This document shows positions 61,962 to 64,000 of a stretch of DNA of 64,000 nucleotides, piece by piece. Within the stretch, counting starts at the first letter, position 1. Every line of letters starts with the position of its first letter. The stretch is from assembly GCA_036406675.1 (NCBI GenBank), contig DASXAO010000106.1, positions 12,042 to 76,041 on the forward strand, written 5' to 3'. A program made the translations under genes and the position numbers. The DNA is from Burkholderiales bacterium. Lineage in GTDB: Bacteria > Pseudomonadota > Gammaproteobacteria > Burkholderiales > SG8-39. The notes beneath the pieces are model-generated. The model saw only the letters and a program-made list of their open reading frames with translations, ran no database searches and was not told the DNA's origin.

Positions 61962-62867
61962 ATGCGGCTGGCATCCCTCGTTCTGCTGCTCGGGCTAAGC
62001 CTGGCGGCTTGGGCTCAGGGCGACGAGTTCGGCGCGCGTTACTGGTACAGCGAGGGCAGGACCACCCGCAGCCACAACGCGCAGTTCGTCGATCCCACGG
62101 TGGGCAATCCGACCTCCGTTCTCACCTGGAGCGACCTGACCGCGCACGCCGTGGAGCTGCACGGACGCAAGAATTTCCTCGGCGGGAGGTACGGCGGCTG
62201 GTACGTCAAAGGCTACGCGGGCATCGGCAGCATAACGGACGGCTCTCTTCGCGACGAGGATTTCGATCGCAACCAGACCACGCGTTCCGACACGACTTCC
62301 ACCGTCAAAGGCGACAGCCTGAGCTACGTGAGCGTGGATGTGGGGACCGACCTGTGGCGGGGCAGCAAAGGCAGGGCAGGCCTCTTCGCCGGGTACCACT
62401 TCTGGCGCGAATACGTTGACGCGTATGGAATCGTGCAGACCGTTCCTCCGCTGGGCCGAAGGGAACCGGATTCGCTGCTCGTCATCAGCAACGAGGTCAC
62501 CTGGCAATCGCTGCGCCTGGGCTTCGCCGGGCAGTGGGACGTGAGCGCCCCTACCCGGATCAGGCTCGACGCCGCGCTCGTGCCCTTTGCGCACGTACGA
62601 GACGAAGACAGCCACTGGCTGCGCCAGAGCCGCAACGACCTCGGGCCGGCTCCGAACATCCACTCGAGCGGCGACGGCTACGGGTTTCAGCTCGACCTCG
62701 AGCTGCGCCACCTCGTGCAGCGCGACTGGGAGATCGGCGCCGGGCTGCGCTACTGGTGGCTGCGCGCGCGCGACGGCGAGCACTCGCAGGCCGGCTTCGA
62801 CCTGCAGCTCCTCGAGCTCGAATCCCAGCGCTTCGGCCTTCTCCTGAGCTTGACCCATAGGTTTTGA
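61962..62867 (+). CDS. Omptin-family outer-membrane protease-like protein
   Basis: Signal peptide ..AAWAQG and a beta-barrel pattern ending THRF. LRDEDFD and VRDEDSHW resemble the OmpT Asp83/Asp85 (DxD) and Asp210/His212 (DxH) catalytic pairs. Confidence 0.6.
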   Translation: MRLASLVLLLGLSLAAWAQGDEFGARYWYSEGRTTRSHNAQFVDPTVGNPTSVLTWSDLTAHAVELHGRKNFLGGRYGGWYVKGYAGIGSITDGSLRDEDFDRNQTTRSDTTSTVKGDSLSYVSVDVGTDLWRGSKGRAGLFAGYHFWREYVDAYGIVQTVPPLGRREPDSLLVISNEVTWQSLRLGFAGQWDVSAPTRIRLDAALVPFAHVRDEDSHWLRQSRNDLGPAPNIHSSGDGYGFQLDLELRHLVQRDWEIGAGLRYWWLRARDGEHSQAGFDLQLLELESQRFGLLLSLTHRF

Positions 62868-62888
62868 CGCCACGGTGGTGACGCTGCG

Positions 62889-64000
62889 GTGGTAACGAAG
62901 CTTCTTGCCTCGCTCGCGATCGCCTGCATCGCGGGCGCTGCTGCGGCGCAGATCCCGTCGGGCGCGCCGGTGCGCGACGGGGTGCCGACGCTCGCGCCGA
63001 TCCTCGAGCGGGTGACGCCGGCGGTGGTCAACATCGCGGTGCTCCAGGCGAGCCCCGAGGAGCAGAACCCGATGTTGCGCGACCCGTTCTTCCGCCGCTT
63101 CTTCGGCATGCCGGGGCAGTCGGAGCCGCAGATCGCGGCCGGCTCGGGCGTGATCGTCGACGCAAGCAACGGCTACGTGCTGACCAACGCGCACGTGGTC
63201 AAGGACGCGCGCGAGGTGCTGATCACGCTGAAGGACAACCGCAGGCTTCCGGCAAAGCTCGTCGGCGCGGACCCCGGCACCGACATCGCCGTGGTGCGGG
63301 TGGAGCCCAGGAACCTGGTCGACGTGAAGTTCGGCGACTCCGACGCCCTGCAGGTCGGCGACTTCGTGATCGCGATCGGCAATCCGTTCGGCATCGGCCA
63401 GACCGCGACCTCGGGCATCGTCTCGGCGCTCGGCCGCAGCGGCCTGTCGAAGGAAGGCTACGAGCACTTCATCCAGACCGACGCCTCCATCAATCCCGGC
63501 AATTCGGGCGGCGCGCTCATCAACCTGAAAGGCGAGCTCGTCGGCATCAATACGGCGATCATCGGTCCCTCGGGCGGCAACGTCGGCATCGGCTTCGCGG
63601 TCCCCGTGGTGATCGCGTACGCGGTCATGGACCAGCTCATCCGGTTCGGCGAGGTGAAGCGCGGACGCCTGGGCATCAGCATGACCGACGTGGTCGGGGG
63701 CGGCGACGGCGCGACCATCGCCGACGTGCAGGCCGACTCGCCCGCCTCGAAGGCGGGCCTGCGCAAGGGCGACGTGGTCACCGGATTCAACGGCCGCCCG
63801 GTGCGCGGCTCGGCGGAGCTGCGCGCGCGGCTCGGGGTCGTGCCGGTGGGCGACACCGTGGAGCTGCAGGTGCAGCGCGGCGGCGAGACGCGCACCCTCA
63901 AGGCGCAGATCGGGCCGATCGAGAGCGGCGGCCGCGGCGGCGAATCGGTGCAGGAGCTCGCCGGTGCCGTGCTGCAGGAAGTCTCCCGGAGCGGCCTGCC
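62889..64000 (+). CDS. DegP/DegQ (HtrA, S1C) periplasmic serine protease, 3' end outside the window
   Basis: GTG 62889 with signal peptide VTKLLASLAIACIAGAAAAQ. The catalytic triad context is TNAHVV, GTDIAVV and GNSGGAL. A PDZ domain begins at GATIADVQADSPASKAGLRKGDVV. Confidence 0.88.
   Translation, partial: MVTKLLASLAIACIAGAAAAQIPSGAPVRDGVPTLAPILERVTPAVVNIAVLQASPEEQNPMLRDPFFRRFFGMPGQSEPQIAAGSGVIVDASNGYVLTNAHVVKDAREVLITLKDNRRLPAKLVGADPGTDIAVVRVEPRNLVDVKFGDSDALQVGDFVIAIGNPFGIGQTATSGIVSALGRSGLSKEGYEHFIQTDASINPGNSGGALINLKGELVGINTAIIGPSGGNVGIGFAVPVVIAYAVMDQLIRFGEVKRGRLGISMTDVVGGGDGATIADVQADSPASKAGLRKGDVVTGFNGRPVRGSAELRARLGVVPVGDTVELQVQRGGETRTLKAQIGPIESGGRGGESVQELAGAVLQEVSRSGL

Overview
The window is high-GC and very gene-dense, with about 70 genes. 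I see no transposase, integrase, prophage, CRISPR array or rRNA. The gene content looks betaproteobacterial, probably Burkholderiales-like. The evidence is a complete ybgC-tolQRAB-pal-cpoB cluster followed by tRNA-Lys(UUU), and four orphan Bug/TctC-type binding proteins.

Conserved core, roughly 1-17 kb:
- An SDR fragment, an EamA transporter, a DUF853 ATPase, and yebC-ruvC-ruvA.
- Four tandem small outer-membrane beta-barrel paralogs, which separate ruvA from ruvB.
- ruvB, then a coupled DUF2330 / RnfD-like pair.
- The Tol-Pal cluster, a YeeE/YedE gene, and tRNA-Lys.

Accessory or metabolic part, roughly 17-64 kb:
- Regulators: LysR, ArsR, and a large STAND ATPase with a C-terminal SARP module.
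- Cupins and gene remnants.
- A dihaem cytochrome c next to a haem-containing Vgb-like beta-propeller protein.
- A Slam (DUF560) gene with a TbpB-fold surface lipoprotein (type XI secretion pair).
- Secreted alpha/beta hydrolases.
- A Liv-type ABC transporter embedded in a putative catabolic locus: MetE-like protein, DUF1445 hydro-lyase, amidohydrolase, and an SdhA/B-like flavoprotein with a 2Fe-2S protein.
- Two MFS transporters, an orphan ParA-like ATPase, an omptin-like protease and a partial DegP/Q protease.

Observations most worth follow-up:
- The Slam / surface-lipoprotein pair.
- The DUF2330 / RnfD-like pair.
- A relay of two 11-codon ORFs between tolR and tolA, made from a triplicated 32-bp tolA start module.
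- Genes whose conserved N-termini lack any canonical start codon: ruvC, livH-like and EamA.
- A 26-codon ORF with a 13-nt perfect Shine-Dalgarno sequence and its own terminator.
- A 72-nt compound hairpin between the ABC binding-protein gene and the permease gene.
- Two paralogous mini-HTH modules.

All product calls come from reading motifs in the translations. No database search was run.
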